Shown: positions 24,557 to 39,360, numbered from the whole stretch's first letter. The stretch is DNA of 56,209 nt, filler included, from Ionaspis alba (GCA_964255285.1; 2 parts of 2 records of this genome joined end to end with filler, not necessarily neighbours in it); one strand, 5' to 3'. Translations and numbers: made by a program. The notes: generated from the sequence alone by a model not told the origin.

Positions 24557-27500
24557 ATGTCTTCCGCGATCCACCCTGCCTTCGCTCCGACTGCAGTACC
24601 CAGTCGACATCCTGTTTCCAATGGCCCGACACCTATTGTCGCATCTGCCATACCTTCCGGCACATTCGCTCCGGGGACAAAGGTCCAAGTTGGGAGCCAT
24701 CGAGTGGTGATCGAAAAATACCTTTCGGAAGGCGGCTTTGCTCATGTTTACCATGTGCGGCTACCGAAGCCCATTGACGGCAATGACGGAGCGGTGCTCA
24801 AGAGAGTGGCAGTACCCGACAAGGAGACCTTGGCCAACATGAGAACGGAGGTAGAGACTATGAAGAAGCTCAAAGGGCACCGACAGATTGTTACATACAT
24901 CGACTCCCATGCTTCGCAATTGAAAGGAGGTGGCTATGAAGTCTTCCTGCTTATGGAATACTGTTCTGGTGGAGGATTGATTGACTTCATGAACACCCGG
25001 TTGAAAAACAGACTGACGGAGCCGGAGATAATGAAGATATTCTCAGACGTCGCCCAAGGTGTGGCCTGCATGCACTATCTAAAGCCACCACTACTACACA
25101 GGGACCTGAAGGTTGAAAACATCCTAATCTCTTCTTCTGGTTCTGCTCGTCAGTACAAGCTCTGCGACTTTGGATCGACAGCACCTCCAAGACCTGCAGC
25201 AACGACTGCTGCGGAAGGGAGGTTGATCGAAGACGACGTCCAGAAACATACGACCTTGCAGTATCGAAGCCCGGAGATGATTGACGTCTATAGGAAGCAG
25301 CCGATTGATGAGAAAAGTGATATCTGGGCCCTTGGAGTCCTTCTATATAAACTTTGCTATTACACGACACCTTTTGAAGAGCAGGGCCAGATGGCGATAT
25401 TGAACGCAAGCTTCAAGTTCCCAGGGTACCCTGTCTTCTCAGATAACTTGAAGAAGCTGATAGGTATGCCTATAAAATTGCGTGATAAAAAGCACTTTCG
25501 CCATCATGATCTAATGCCTGACAGCTTCAATGCTTCGCGAAAATCCGAATTCAAGACCAAACATATATCAGGTTGTCCGTGAAGCATGCCTTATGCGGGG
25601 AACGGACGTACCAATCAAAGACGTAGGTGGCGACAGTATCACGTTTGCTTTCGACATCTACTAATCGAGACAGATCTACACTGGTAGACCAGCCTCAGAG
25701 GCTCGAAGAAATCAGCAGCTTCCATCACCACCCTCGAATATCAAATCCCCGCCGATGGCAGGTGCCTACCAGTCAGCACCTATCGAAGAGAAATCCAGCA
25801 TTCCGAATATAACCCCAATGAGACGTGGCAGGCCCACAAGCTCTACAAACGAAGGTTTAGCCCCTCAACCTCGACCAAGCCCTTCACCCATGCGCATCAT
25901 CGCAAGCGATCCCTTTGCTGCCCTGGATTCAAATCCTAATCCAGCTCTCGATCCTGCTCTTGATGAGGTCTCAAGTCGGTTTCCGCCCTTGGACCAATTC
26001 TCAATCCTCCACGATTCAGGGACCAAATTTGCCTTTGATCAGAGACCGCAGACATCTACAAGCCAACCAAAAGACATCAGTCAGCGTGTCACGGAGGCAC
26101 TTGCTGACGATGCCTTCGCTCTACCAAAACTCCCACAGGCGAAAACACTAACACATTCCAAGTCAGTACCTGGCCAAGGCTCTGGCGGCACTTTCAGCAC
26201 CTCCAGCGCAAAAAGGGAGCTAAATGGGGACTCGCGGCCTCCATCCGCACATAATCCGTCCACTCAACGGACGAACATGGTATCAACAGGCACTATGACC
26301 TCTCCTTCCCCTCCTCCTCAAGAGAAGAACATGCCTTCCCACACAACACGACCTATCTTTCGATTCCCTCCCCCCACAGATCATCGTTCTTCGAGTCAAC
26401 CAAGAACACACGAGAGGTCTAGTCTGAGCGATTCATTCAAGAAGGAGAGCTTCCTTTTACGGAGTGCAGACACGCGTGATCAGCAGATGCGACCGCCATC
26501 TTCTGGCTTATCTGTGTCAAAGTCATCAGCTTCTTCACGTCCATCTTTAGAAGGTCGAAGACCTGCACCCGGTGATATCAGTGATGGTCTCGATCGCTCA
26601 AGATCGATGAACTCCAAGATTAGGCCGTCGAGTGCGCACATTGAATCCAGCAAGAAGTTCCTGAGAAATCGTTCCTCCTCCCGCGACAAAAACCCGTCCG
26701 ATGCTTGGGATCGTTCGCCACATGATCATGAGAGACTGACATTGAATCTGACAGGCAATTCTGACCATGGAGCTGAGCCTACAAAAATCTCATCCAACGT
26801 CGACTTTCTCAAAGCGATGGAAGAGGAGGAACCCAATAAGCGGAGAGAGAAGCGCAGTAGTAGCGGCTCAAAGCATGTCAAGCGAGCAAGTCTGCCTTCC
26901 ATATCTCTATCTGGCACAAAGTCTCTGCTCGCTGGACGCTTTGGTGAAGCCTTTCGGCGCTTCGAAACCAACACGAGCTCTGGACAACGAGATGCAAGTC
27001 CTCCACCAGACCGCAAAGGTAGTGACCTGACTCCCATTGCTGGATCTGAAGCCACAGACGACGACGGTCACGTGGTTGAGGAGACCGAAGAAGCCCCTCC
27101 AGAAGTACGCCGAGAACTCGAGCGTCGACGGTTGTCGCAGGAAGAGCGTCGAGTGGCCGAAGCGGCAGCAGCCTATAAGCAGCGACTCGCTGAGAGAGGT
27201 AGTGAAGCTGGACGAGCAAGAGGAGGAGAGAGTAATAGAGCAGCACTAATACAGAACAAGGTTCAAGCACTTTTGGACGAGAACGGCAAGGCGTCTCCAA
27301 CAAAGACTGCTGCGGGCTATGGACGATTCACTGATACTCCGCCTCCAATGCAAGGTCGAAACTCTGATATCCCAGCGAGTGGTCCACGACCAGGAGGACA
27401 ATCAGAGCTCACTGCTGGCCGTGTTAGGGAACTTCCTGTAAGCACATCTTCAGCCCCAGCCCTGGAAAGACCACTCTCAAGACCCACAGCACCACCAAAA

Positions 27501-27719
27501 CCACATGCTCTACGTACTGGTGGACGTGGAGAGTCACTAAGGTCTGCTCAAGTCGTTGGTTCTTCCATTCCTCGCAAAGACGCCATAGCCGATGCAAGAC
27601 CCGACGAGGACTGGGAGACTAATTTCAGTAAGAAATATCCCAGTCTGTCGGGGTTGGAATTGGTTGAGACGGAGATCGATAAGGCAGGTCCTGTGGGTAT
27701 TAGCACTAGAGAGGTGTAG
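24557..27719 (+). CDS. NAK-family (Ark1/Prk1/Akl1) Ser/Thr kinase, actin/endocytosis regulator
   Basis: LSEGGFAHVY, VLKRV, LLHRDLKVEN, LCDFGS, TTLQYRSPEM, DIWALG; introns at ~25464-25524 and ~25623-25673; Pro/Ser-rich tail with a DPF motif. Confidence 0.95.
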
Positions 27720-28066
27720 AAAATCAGATGTGGAATAATAATATAGATGTTTGTATGATAAACAAAATATAATTCTGTACTGTCTGATTAGAAACACAAC
27801 TCATTCATCTCGGGTAGACTTCCAAAATCTTGTTGCGTTTACCTACATTACTTCGATATCTAGCTCGCTACATGTGAAAATGGCGGAATTGTTCCATCTA
27901 CGGCTTTCCATACGTTGGTAGGAAACTACAAAAGGAAACATGCTCAATCTCCGTTGTACTCCAACCTAGCAACCCCCACAAAGACCTGAAGGTCACGATT
28001 CACTCCTGATCACCTCCATCTTCAACATGACGAACCTCAATCCTCCACCCGCTCCCGTCTCCTTGG

Positions 28067-28166
28067 NNNNNNNNNNNNNNNNNNNNNNNNNNNNNNNNNN
28101 NNNNNNNNNNTTAATTAATTAANNNNNNNNNNNNNNNNNNNNNNNNNNNNNNNNNNNNNNNNNNNN
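28067..28166. other. Artificial 100-nt spacer (44 N + TTAATTAATTAA + 44 N)
   Basis: Symmetric N runs around a palindromic 12-mer that gives stops in all six frames (28111-28122). Confidence 0.9.
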
Positions 28167-28605
28167 GCCCTCAGTCGCCATTGCGCCCGTGTTTATGGGC
28201 TTCTCTGGGCATTTTGCTGGGGAGTTGTCGATGGTGTGGTGGGTCGTTGATCGAAAAATGAACGCCGCAGCGGCCCACGCTGCTTATGATTGGCCGGCTC
28301 AAACGCTCAGCTCTCTCGTTCGTGCAGGACAGAATTATCCGATTGGGACTTTCACAACGTGGCTTGAAGAAGCAAGTAGAATCTTTTGTTCGGTCTCGTT
28401 TAAGGCAACTATGCCTTCAACAACTACTTATTGTAACTGCAAGCGATTTGGCAGAAACGGCTCGCCACCTTCATTTCCCACGTCAAATGCACTATTTACA
28501 AAGTCAGCCACCCATAGCCAGGCATAAACAAGACGACAACCTAACTGCTTTCCACTAGTAGTACAAAAGGGCCTCATCCTGAACTCCATGAACGACTGTC
28601 CCGGC

Positions 28606-31600
28606 TTAACGCCTCTTCTCCTTTTGCATGTTCGTGAAAATCACTTTAAATCCATTGCATAGCGCTCTCATATCCTGATAAGCCGCTTTCTGCAATTCGA
28701 AAGCACCCGGGATGACCTTGACGGGCCAACTTTGCAATTGTGCATGTTGGCCGGCTTTGAAGATGAGGTAGAAGTAGCCAGGATATTTGGGATTGATGCA
28801 GAAGTTGTAGACGGATCGTTTAGGGTTGGCTTCCGTGTAGGTGGTCAACCAGCGCTCTAGAATCACTGCATTAGTATGTGCAATGTGCAGCAACCGCTCC
28901 ATAAGCTCACCAGTGTCCGCCTTACTGAGGCTCTGATACTTCTCATGCTGCATCATCTCATCCACCTTACGAGCCATTGCCTTGACATGATTGACGATCA
29001 ATTCGTCGAGATCGCTGTAGCTGAAGCGGCCACCAATCCTTAAAGTTCTACCAACCGAGAACTCATTTTCCTTGTCGAGCTCCAAGACGTCAATGTGTTG
29101 GTATATGTTGTCCGAGACTTTCCATGTGACAGCTAGATGGTCTAAGCCCTTGGAAGACGGCCGAATAACCACATCTCCTCGAGACTGCGAACCAAGATAT
29201 TCTTCTGCCTGAGCAGCATTGAACGAGCGAAATAGAGGGTGCTTGACGACACGTTGTGTGCGGCCGGAGACATCATTTTTCTCTTTCATGCTTTCCTTGT
29301 CTTTCTGCTCTTGAAGATCGTCCCAATCATCTCCGTACCGATCAATGTCCTTCCTATACGGCCTCCGCAGCTCTTCCTCTAACAACGACATCCTGGCAGT
29401 CAAGTCTTTACGGTCTAGGCGAAGGATCTTGGCCTGTACGGTTTGATGCGGTGTGAAGAGCTGTTTTGCAGAGACTTCCATGCTGCTCGAAATCTGGTCG
29501 TCCGACACCGTGCCAATGATACCACAGTCCAGGCGACCCTCGACCGAGCTATCGCTGACTCTTTTGACAGACATTGGCACAATCATGCCATCACACAGAG
29601 AGTCCCGGGTCTCGCCTGTAAACATGGTGAAGACTTCTTCCGTAGTCAACATAGCAAAGTTTCGTCGCAATTCTTCATAGGGCTGCTGCAGTTCTGCACG
29701 AATCGTCTCCAGCGTTGCACGTTTCCGTTGGTTGAAATTTCGCTCTAGTTCCTCAGCATACTCTTCGAGAATAAGATCGTTGACTTTCTCTTGCGCATCA
29801 TCCTTGATCAATTTGCGGACTATAGCTCCTGGACCATTCTCTTGATGTTCAGCTTGGATATCTTCTTCGTCCAGCTCAAGCGCATCGGCAGCCATCTTTC
29901 GACCTAAGTCGTAATCTTCGGGATGCACACGTGTATTGTCCAGGTAATCTGACTCGGGTTCAGAGCTGTCAAATTCGATGAACAAGAAACTGGCGCAGTT
30001 GTTCCACACCCTTGGACCAACTGCAGGTAATTTATGCTGGTCTGCGTCACCAACAAGTTCTGCTCTTGTAGATACAACGCCACCATTGAGGTTGACAGCT
30101 TTCAGTAGCTGTGACGCTTTCCGGGGCCCAAGACCACAGATATATGGAAGAAGATTGGCCGTGTACGAGTCGCTCACGGCTTCATTAATGTCAACACCAC
30201 AGAGATTGACCATATCCACCATGGCCGTCTCGAGTTGCTTGAGGATCTTTTCTTGCGGGACAAATCGTTGGCAAGGATCGAATGAGATTGAGACAATATC
30301 TCTGCCAAGTGAAGCGTACTCCTTCATTGGATTTTGCAAATATTTGGCAAGTGCCACACAATACTTCGTGAGAGGTGCGAATCCAGGGTGTTCCATAGTA
30401 GCTCGATCACTGGTCTGATAAAGGCGCGCGACCTCATCATTGACAATGACTACTTCAAGAGGATCACTCAACTCTTGGCCGTCATCGTTCTCATATTCTG
30501 CACCCCGAAGATTCTTGCTAGTGATGATGTCTGAAATCTGGTCAAAGAGTTTTTTCGACTCTGCTGAGAATCCAGACACGCCAATAACATCTGGCCGACG
30601 TCGAGTCACCAATTCCACGAACGCCTCGACATCCTTATTATCTTTGGTACCCCGGATAGGCTCGCCTGTTGATGTATCCAGGGAGAGATCGAGGAACTTG
30701 CCATTCTCAAGCACTCGTCCATCTTCTTCAACCCAAGCCCAACAGATGGCCTCTCGACCATAAGTTCCAGTGCCGTTGGACAATGTCAAGACCCTAGGAA
30801 TGGTACCCAACATCATCCCCTTAGGCTTGAAAGGTGCTTGATCGAGCTTCCTGGAATACTCCTCTCTGCAAGATCGAGCGACCTGATTTTCGCATTCCTG
30901 TTTCAGGTTCTCTTTGACGCCTCTGGCCATGATTTTGTGTAATTTTGTTAGTGCCATGTCGAGAGCATCCCTCCTCTCTCTATTCCAAGCATCAGCGACC
31001 TCGCTGAAATTGTCGGACTCCAGGTCGGCGTAGAGTCGCTTCTTGAACTTCTCTTCGTTTTGCAACCGGACCCTGACATCGACTAAGCCTTCTTCCTCGG
31101 CTTTCAACATTCGGAGGAATAAATCCGGCTGTCTAGCAATATCCGCAAGCTGCTGGTTCCTCAAATATTTGAAGTCGTAGTAAGGATGCTGTTCATCTAT
31201 CTTTCGTAGGCCTTTTTCGGTTCGAAAGCATTCGATGACCCCAGTCATATAGTAAGCCTGCCTCATAACTTTCCGCATTTTGGGGCTCAGAGATATCTCC
31301 TCGGCGAACATCGTCTTGGCGGCTCGAAGGCATTGTGGTCCAGTTATGTAGTCCGGTGGATCAAGTATATCTTCGCTGGCCGCCAGGTCATCTGGACGTT
31401 CAGCCGGGTCCTCCGTGTATTGCCTTCTACCTTCTTTCTTGAGCGCGTTTTGAGCGAACTCATCCGCTGTAATACCGAAAGCTCGAACAAGACTGTAGAC
31501 CTTGCCATTACGTATTCTTTCAAATATTATCTTCGATGCTCCCGGTCGTCGCTGAGTGCCGTTGGAACTCGGTCCGTTCAAGATGGCCAAATCTGCCAAT

Positions 31601-33139
31601 CTTGTGGAATGTTGGAAATGCAAGTAATCCTGTACATCCTGCAGCTCTTCCATTGTAACGGCAATTGGTAGCATCTCTTCAAAGACATCGTCATGGACAC
31701 TTGCCACACTAGACAAATTGTCGTAAGTCCGCTGAAGAGCATTCCGCTTGTCGATTAGCGCTCTGAATTTCAGGTCAAGATCGAAGATTTCCCACAAGTC
31801 GGACTGGTTCAGGAGTTTCTCAGCGCTGACAACATATTGTGGAGCGTTTGGATTATACGGATCTGGAGTGACAGCGACCTTGGCAGCGTGTATAAGATAG
31901 TCTTTCCGGTGTTGGAATATGAAGGGCACCTCATACTCGTCAGTGATCATAAATTCTAAGACTTTAGCAACAGCCTTCTGGAAGGGCTCCTGGAGATCCG
32001 GTGCCAGTCTTTTCTTTGGTAACATGAGATTAGATATCCAGATAGATTCCTCCTTGAACTGCTCGTCTGTGAGGATCAGGTGTTTGTACGGCTTTCTGGC
32101 TATCTGAAAACGTTCCGGTTCGTCGATGGCACGTATCTGATTGTCCTCGTCGGTAAGCATTCTTTCCGCCAACTGAGAAGGTTCGAAGACATCCTTGAGC
32201 TCGATACCCTTAGAGATTGCGTCCGGATCATCGAGGTTCTGGTGACGGTCATCTTGATCCTCCTGGTCCTGTAATTCCAGAGCCCAGTCGTATTCCATGC
32301 CGTCCCCGAAAGCCTCCTTCAAATCTTCCAGCGCTGCTTCATCCAATCCGGTGGTATCCTTGACCCCAGCCAATCCTCTTCGCACAGTCCTCGCAACCTC
32401 TGCGTCATCATCTTGGTGATCTCGCCCCTCACCTTCTGAGAAATCTTCTTCAATGAAATCGGCGAACTCATCCTCAAGACCGCGCGGGAGAGCACGAGCC
32501 TGTCGTCTGTCCTCGAGTGTTCGCGATGCGTCATCTTCATCCTCGTCGGAGTCGAAGATATCTCCAATCCCCCTTGGCGCCCTCTCTTCACGCTCTTCCT
32601 TGTGCCCTCGCTTTAATCGCTTGAGTTTGGGCTTCGCTCAGAGTCAGCAACAACCAATCTGAACGCACTTGAGACCGGGGCAAGTACTTCGCTCGGCGGT
32701 CGTCGCTCAAACTCTGGATTTGCTTCTCCTATCAGATCTAGATCCTCTTCATCTAAACCAGCCTCTTCCTCCTCCCTTTCTTCTCTTCTACGCTTCTTCC
32801 TCTCCTTTCTTCGTCGTTCTCGTTCTTCGGGCTCTTCCTCGTCCTCAACGATAAAACCTTCTCTCACCTGTCATCAGAATCACGTGAGTGTTAGTGACCA
32901 CAACGATCAAAGCTCCTTAGTGTGAAGTTGGCTTAGAGGCACAGTGCACTCACAGCTCGCGCTGCCTCCTCGTCGTCGTCATCATCGTCTTCCTCGCTGG
33001 AATCATCGAGGTGTCCGTTGACACCGTTGGCTCCACTTCGTTTGGCCCTGACTTCTCCAGTCTCTTCGTCAAATGATTCGTCGTCCGACTCGCTCCCAAG
33101 CTCAGCTTCTCCCTGAATCAGGTCCCGGAGAGCGCTCAT
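28606..33139 (-). CDS. SPT6: Transcription elongation factor/histone chaperone Spt6
   Basis: Acidic N-terminus ([20 protein letters not shown]), [13 protein letters not shown], YqgF and HhH region ([18 protein letters not shown]), S1 domain and tandem SH2 (VVIRPSSKG); three introns. Confidence 0.98.
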
Positions 33140-34137
33140 TGTAATCCTGGTAAGGAATCAAGTCTATCGAAGCGTGTGAAGAACTGCGAGGAACGAGCAG
33201 GCTGTGGTGTTGAGAGTTGGTCTATGAGCGGACCGTTGTGGGAAGAGACGCTGCGTACCCGTCCTTTAGAGGTTCGCGATGCTTAAAATGATAACTCACC
33301 CAAATTCCGCCGGAAATGCAAGCCACACCTGCAAATGTGCCACAGTGAGGCTGGCTTACATAAGCATAAGAATTCTTCCTTGTGATCGTGGTTGGCACAG
33401 GTGAGATCTATGAGTTGCACTTCGAGAACAATTTGATTGGTGGCATAGCCTAATCATCACAGGAAAGGCACCTCTGGCCTCGATCGATTTATTCTAGTAA
33501 GCGTGTCGTAGCCACAATGACCCATAACACAGTGTTCTACCCAGGGCTTCCAGGCAAAAATAAAGTGTAATACAAATCGAGGGGTCCAGACTAATCGCAA
33601 AAAAGGTCCAATCCCTCTGAAATGACGAACAAGCTGACCTGGGCTGGTAGTAATTCAGGGGTTCCCTCTTGTCGCTTTATGCGTCAAGAAACGCGAGAGC
33701 ACAACGGGTTTCCGCTTGATTCAAGGGGCGGGAGACTAATTCTATTGTTAGCGAATAGGCAAACACCCCCACCATTTTCGGAGTCCGGCTGGCAGACGCT
33801 TAGCAGTCAGAATTGACCACAGTCACCTCCTTATACTGCTCACCGGACAGCCAGATGTGATAGCACTACAGTATCACATTCGCTTATAAAATCGCAGCAC
33901 CCTCACGAACCACATACTCTCTTTCAGGCAATGGGCTAGAGCTAGTCCGCACGATCTTCGGGACCCATAGTTTCCCCTCCGCAGTGTTCCTCCTAAACCG
34001 CGTTTTGCGCAACAGGCTATCTCAAGCATAACCTCGTCTTCCCAACCAACTTTCAGCGAGCACGTTGGTCGTTAGCGCCTTCCACCTTCTCAGATATCTT
34101 CCTGGCCAAGGGACGTCTCCTTTTTCCGTCCACAACC

Positions 34138-35861
34138 ATGTCCGACTCATTCAAAACGAAAACGTTGAAACGAAGGAATGTGAAGGGCCTGGCGCTGAGT
34201 GCTCCACCAAAAGCTCCAGACCCATCTCCTGGCGACGCTCAGATTCCAGGAGGAATTGGAAACAATGTTGCTACGGTGGATACGCTGGAGATTGGAGTGG
34301 AGTTCCAGCTGGACCTTAAGACCGACGAACTGGTCGTGTTGCGAGAGCTCGGTGCAGGCAATGGAGGTACTGTCAGCAAAGTCATACATCCAGCAACGAG
34401 AGTAATAATGGCGAGAAAGGTATTATCTGTGCTCTTCAGGTCGCGCTCGACGTGAAAAGCTGACCGTAGCCCTTGCAGGTCATCCATGTCGATGCTAAGG
34501 AGAGTGTGCGGAAGCAAATCGTACGAGAGCTACATATTATGAAAGACTGCAACTCACCAAACATCGTCACGTTCTATGGCGCTTTCCTGAACGACAGCGG
34601 GGATGTCATAATGTGTATGGAATACATGGATGCTGGGTACGACGGTTGACCTTGTCTACCCATGCGATATTGAATGCTGAAATGATGCAGATCTTTAGAT
34701 CGGATATCGAAAGACTTTGGGCCCGTACGCGTCGACGTACTAGGCAAGATTACAGTAGCTATACTCAGCGGGCTGAACTATCTCTACGAAGCGCACCGTA
34801 TCATGCATCGGGACATCAAGCCTTCGAATGTCTTAGTCAACTCTCGTGGCTATATCAAGTTATGCGATTTTGGTGTCTCGGGAGAGCTTGTCAACTCTAT
34901 TGCGGATACTTTCGTTGGCACATCAACCTACATGGCTCCCGAACGGATACAGGGTGCTAAATACTCTATCAAATCCGACGTATGGAGTGTCGGGCTCACA
35001 GTAATGGAGTTGGCGATAGGGAGGTTTCCCTTTGACGCGAGCGAGACTGCCGCTGGTGGTAGAGAGGCTGGACCTTCTGGTATTTTGGATTTACTCCAGC
35101 AAATTGTCCACGAGCCACCACCGAAATTGCCCAAAAGTTCAGCATTTCCCGCTATCCTTGACGAGATGATTCAGTCCTGCCTACTCAACAACGCGGATCA
35201 AAGACCGACACCTCGTGAACTATTTGTAGGGACAAATCCCGTTCCTCGAATGATCTCGTCCTACTGACAACCCGCCTTTTAGGATCACGACCATTTTATC
35301 CAAGCTGCAAAGCGTACTCCTGTCGACCTTGAAGCATGGGCTGTAGAGATGATGCAGCGATCGAACCGAAAATCCCATCTTACCGCTCCACTCTCTCCCG
35401 CGACACAAGCTCTCCTTCGAAGCGAAGGACCCTTCAGTGGTGGCCATTCACCTTCAAGAGACACCACGAATTCAAAGACTCCCACATCTGGAGAGATTCC
35501 GATTGCCGCAAGTAGCAGTACAGCAGCATCATCATCGGCTTCATCGTCATCCTACCACCCAGAACCAGCAATCCAGCGTGTCCTGTCTGCCGAAGTCAAT
35601 GGCAGTCACGGCATGTTCCCGAATCAAAGCCCGCTGGAAAGACCCAGTTTTCCGCCAAGAACATCGAGTACCAGTGTGTTAGCATCCGGGAAGAAAGAAT
35701 ATGATAATTCCTACATTCAACCTCAAACTATGCCAATACGGCCAGCGCCTCCTCCCGGAGGACCGTTGCCACAACCGCCTGGTATGAGTTCGAAGATGGG
35801 TTCGAGACGTCAGGGTATGAGTAACATGCAGTACCCTAACGGTGAGGGCAGGCCGATATAG
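34138..35861 (+). CDS. STE7: MAP kinase kinase, Ste7/Byr1 type (pheromone/filamentation pathway)
   Basis: N-terminal D-site LKRRNVKGLAL; LGAGNGGTV, HRDIKPSN, DFGVSGELVNSIADTFVGTSTYMAPERIQG; three introns. Confidence 0.95.
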
Positions 35862-36755
35862 AGGGATGGCGTCGTTGGTGAACTTTGTCAGAGGCAGTCC
35901 TTGTCTTTGTTCTCTTCTCAGGATTGCAATGAAGTAGTAGGAAAACGGTCTACGACTTTTTGTCATACCCAATTCCTAGCATCTCAACGGCGTTCGGGTA
36001 CCTACTGTATCAGATCTCGGGACCAAATCTACAACTTCGTTTCCTTCGTTGCTTTTTTTTCACATAGCGCCGGAAGGATGGTATGACGGACGGACATGGA
36101 GAGGGCTGGTGGAGTTATTCTCATTAGATGTTTTTGTGACCTCGGATCCCGTGCATTTGACAGGGGAAGCAAGGATATTTCGTGATTGGTAGATACCATG
36201 AACGATGAGTTTTCAGTCTCGATGTCATTATTCGTACATATCTATCGACGAGCAGTGAAGAATTTCCGCCAGGCTCCGACAAATTTGTTCTCTACCATGG
36301 TTCAGCACGACGGAACTTCCACTCAATCTTTACATTGACCACAATTAGAATTCATCGACCAGATTGATACTACTGGAAAAGAGGCAGAGGATATCTTGAT
36401 CGGAGAACTAGTAGGGGGAACCTTGAGTACTGTGCAATCTCGAAGTTCCGTCGGCTGCCATCGACAAGATGTGCAGTGCCAAGCAGTGCTTCGTTTACCT
36501 CTGTGGTCCAGCTCTGCATGTTTTTGGTAATTCTTTAGAGTTTCTCTGAGATGCAGGGTCTCAATTGATTCAATTTCGTCCAAAGGGAATTCACGCTCAA
36601 TTTTGCAGACGCGCAATGCGTCTCTGCTTGCCCCGCATCCACCGCGATGACGTTGTGGTGTTCTCATCGTCACTTGTTTACTGGAGGTACATTAATAAGA
36701 TCACTTTCGATGCACTATTCTGCTCTATCCCTTTTTTCCAAACCAAGCGCCAATC

Positions 36756-38021
36756 ATGAAGTATCTAAAGATCGATCCTGAGAATGTGCAGTCTCCGTTG
36801 AGAGACTCTGTGCATACGCATGAGACTCCCAAAGGATTACCGGACGCGAAGGAGGTAAAAGTCCACCCAACGAATAGTGGAGGAGAGAATGCTAGCATAT
36901 ATTTTGTTGGTACGGCTACCACTATCATGTAGGATCATTCATTGCATGCCGAATCAAGTTGAAATTAATAAATGAGCCAGGGAATGGAAGGGCCTCCGTA
37001 TCATGACAGACGTGAGCTCTTATTTTCCGATCAAAACTCCATTTGTCCCCTTACCAACGTCCATAGCCGAACTTTCTCCATGCCGGCGATCATGTACATC
37101 TTGGTCCAGGGGTGACAGGCACACGCAAAACCAATCCAGCCATTGATCTTCACGAGATCCCACCCATCGACTGTGTTCTCCTCTCCCACTACCATGCCGA
37201 CCATTTTGACCAAGAAGTCGAAGCCTCTCTTCGTCGAGACCTACCCATAATAACGACTCCGCACGCCAAATCTCATCTCGAAGGCAAGGGGTCTGGCGAG
37301 GCGTTTGACAATGTCCATGCATTAGATTTCTTCGAAAGCATCATCGTCGAAGCCACAAGAAAAAATGCAGAGAGCGAAGGTCTGCAGAAGGTGTCAGGTA
37401 TGAAAGTCACGGGTATGCCAGGCAAGCATGTGCCAGACGGAATACTGGGGGCTGCCAACGACTTCGCGAAACTGATACCGCCTACGAATGGGTGGATGGT
37501 GGAATTTGGAACGGAGACTAAGCCGGGAGATGATTCTACTTGGCAGTGTGGATATCGGTGAGGAGATTCTTCGCGCTGATAAATGGTCCAAAGATGCCCC
37601 AGCTGACTGGTGAGGCAGTATCTACATCTCCGGCGACACCTTGTTTGTGGATGACCTGAAGCAAATTCCAGAACGGTACAAGGGACAGAATATTGATCTG
37701 ATGCTGGCACATCTTGGTGGCACCACCATTCCGTCTCCTTCAATCCCTTTGTTGATGATCACCATGGATGCGAAACAAGGCATCGAGTTGGTCCGATTGA
37801 TTAATCCCGATCTAACGATTCCTATCCACTATGAGTGAGTGGCATTGAGCAACATCTCTGTGTGTTGCCTGGAGCGCTAACATTGCGCTAGTGATTACGA
37901 TGTCTTCCTGTCTCCTTTATCAGATTTCAAGAAGGCCGTTGAGGATGCTGGGTTGAGTGATAAGGTCGTGTACCTGGATCGAAAGGACCAGTACAAGTTC
38001 AAGGTCAAAGAGATTTCCTAA
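36756..38021 (+). CDS. Metallo-beta-lactamase-fold hydrolase
   Basis: YFVGTATT, IMTD|PNF, LLSHYHADHFD (HxHxDH), YISGDT, IPIHY; four introns; stop TAA at 38019-38021. Confidence 0.9.
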
Positions 38022-38420
38022 GAAGATGATTTCTTTGTGGAGTGATTTCTTAATATGCTTGTGTGTGGTGCAATCATTTTTTGGAACGAGCTTAGGTCAG
38101 GAGCATTCGGGAAAACACACCCGCGACCCTCCGAGTTTAAGCGAATCTCGTCAAGTTAGCTCTGGGCTTCCAGTCTCATTCCTCTTCATTTTGTCGACAG
38201 TGGTGGTCTACTTCGTTACCGCCCAGATTATTGATATCTTTCTACTTTCACGTTGTCAATATATTCTTGCCAGACCCAATAAATTTATAAGTTACTTAAG
38301 GCGCCTTAGTCGCTATTCCGATGAACTTTGAAGCGGAGAACACAGATCATTAAACTCGTCTCAGTTGGAGTAGATTGAGAACAAGTCTAGATTCAATTGG
38401 CTTGAAATTTATTATTAGTC

Positions 38421-39360
38421 ATGACCACATCATCTTCGACATGCTACGATCGTCTCATTGTTGTTTGTTGTCATGCGATCTGGCTTGGTGGACCAACAGC
38501 CGGCCAAGATGAAGCTGAATGGTGAATATTCCGAGATTCCAGGTCACTCATCCCGATTCCAATAAGTCTTCTATTACATCTGCGGTCAAGAGCTTACATA
38601 TCTACAGGGCTATCGAGGATTTTCAAGAAGGGGAGACACCGATCTTCATATCGCATATCAAGACTGGGCTGCAACTGCTTAGTGAACCGCCAAATGGACT
38701 GCTCATGTTCTCTGGGTGAATACCCCACGCAAAGATCATACAATGAAAGCACTGATCGTACTCGTTATTAGCGGAACCACGAAGCTAGCAAGAACGAATC
38801 TTAGTGAAGCACAGTCCTATTTGGTCAGATCATCTAGTTCCTTGCCCTCGAGGACTCTTGATTTATAAAACCTCCCACAGAATCTTGCGATCGCCAACTC
38901 GTTCTTCAACTTTCAAATCCCGGCCACCGCTCTTGCCATCGAGTCTTACGCCACCGACTCCTACCAAAACCTCTTACTCTCCATCCTGGCCTTCATAGCA
39001 CGTACCGGACACCATCCATCACACATCACTCTCGTTTCTCATACGTTCAAGAAAAATCGTTTTATAGAACTTCATTGTCCGGCCATTCGCTGGCCGATGG
39101 AGAACTTCACCTTTGTAGGCGTTGAAATGGAGAAGGACGAGGATGGCGGTGCCCTGATTGAGATCGGGGAGGCCAGGGCGATGGAACTCTGGAGACGGCA
39201 TCTTTATGGGACAGGAGATGTATTAGGGAGGAAGAGGGTGACAAGAGGTTGGCATGGGAATGAGGCATATTGGGGGGTCGAGGGCGTACAAGAACTGCTG
39301 GAGTGGAAAGGTGGCAAGAGCGAAAAGGAACTCTTCCAAGGGCCACTGCCCTGGGACTGA
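38421..39360 (+). CDS. YOR238W-like / DUF218-like conserved protein
   Basis: [44 protein letters not shown] and [10 protein letters not shown] motifs; three introns. Confidence 0.8.

Noticed and set aside
28111..28122. Palindromic TTAATTAATTAA
   Set aside because: Centred between equal N runs; an artificial six-frame stop spacer.
28857..28910. Apparent 18-aa insertion in the Spt6 tandem SH2
   Set aside because: It is an ordinary 54-nt intron (GTGAGC..CTAAT..TAG) that happens to be in frame.
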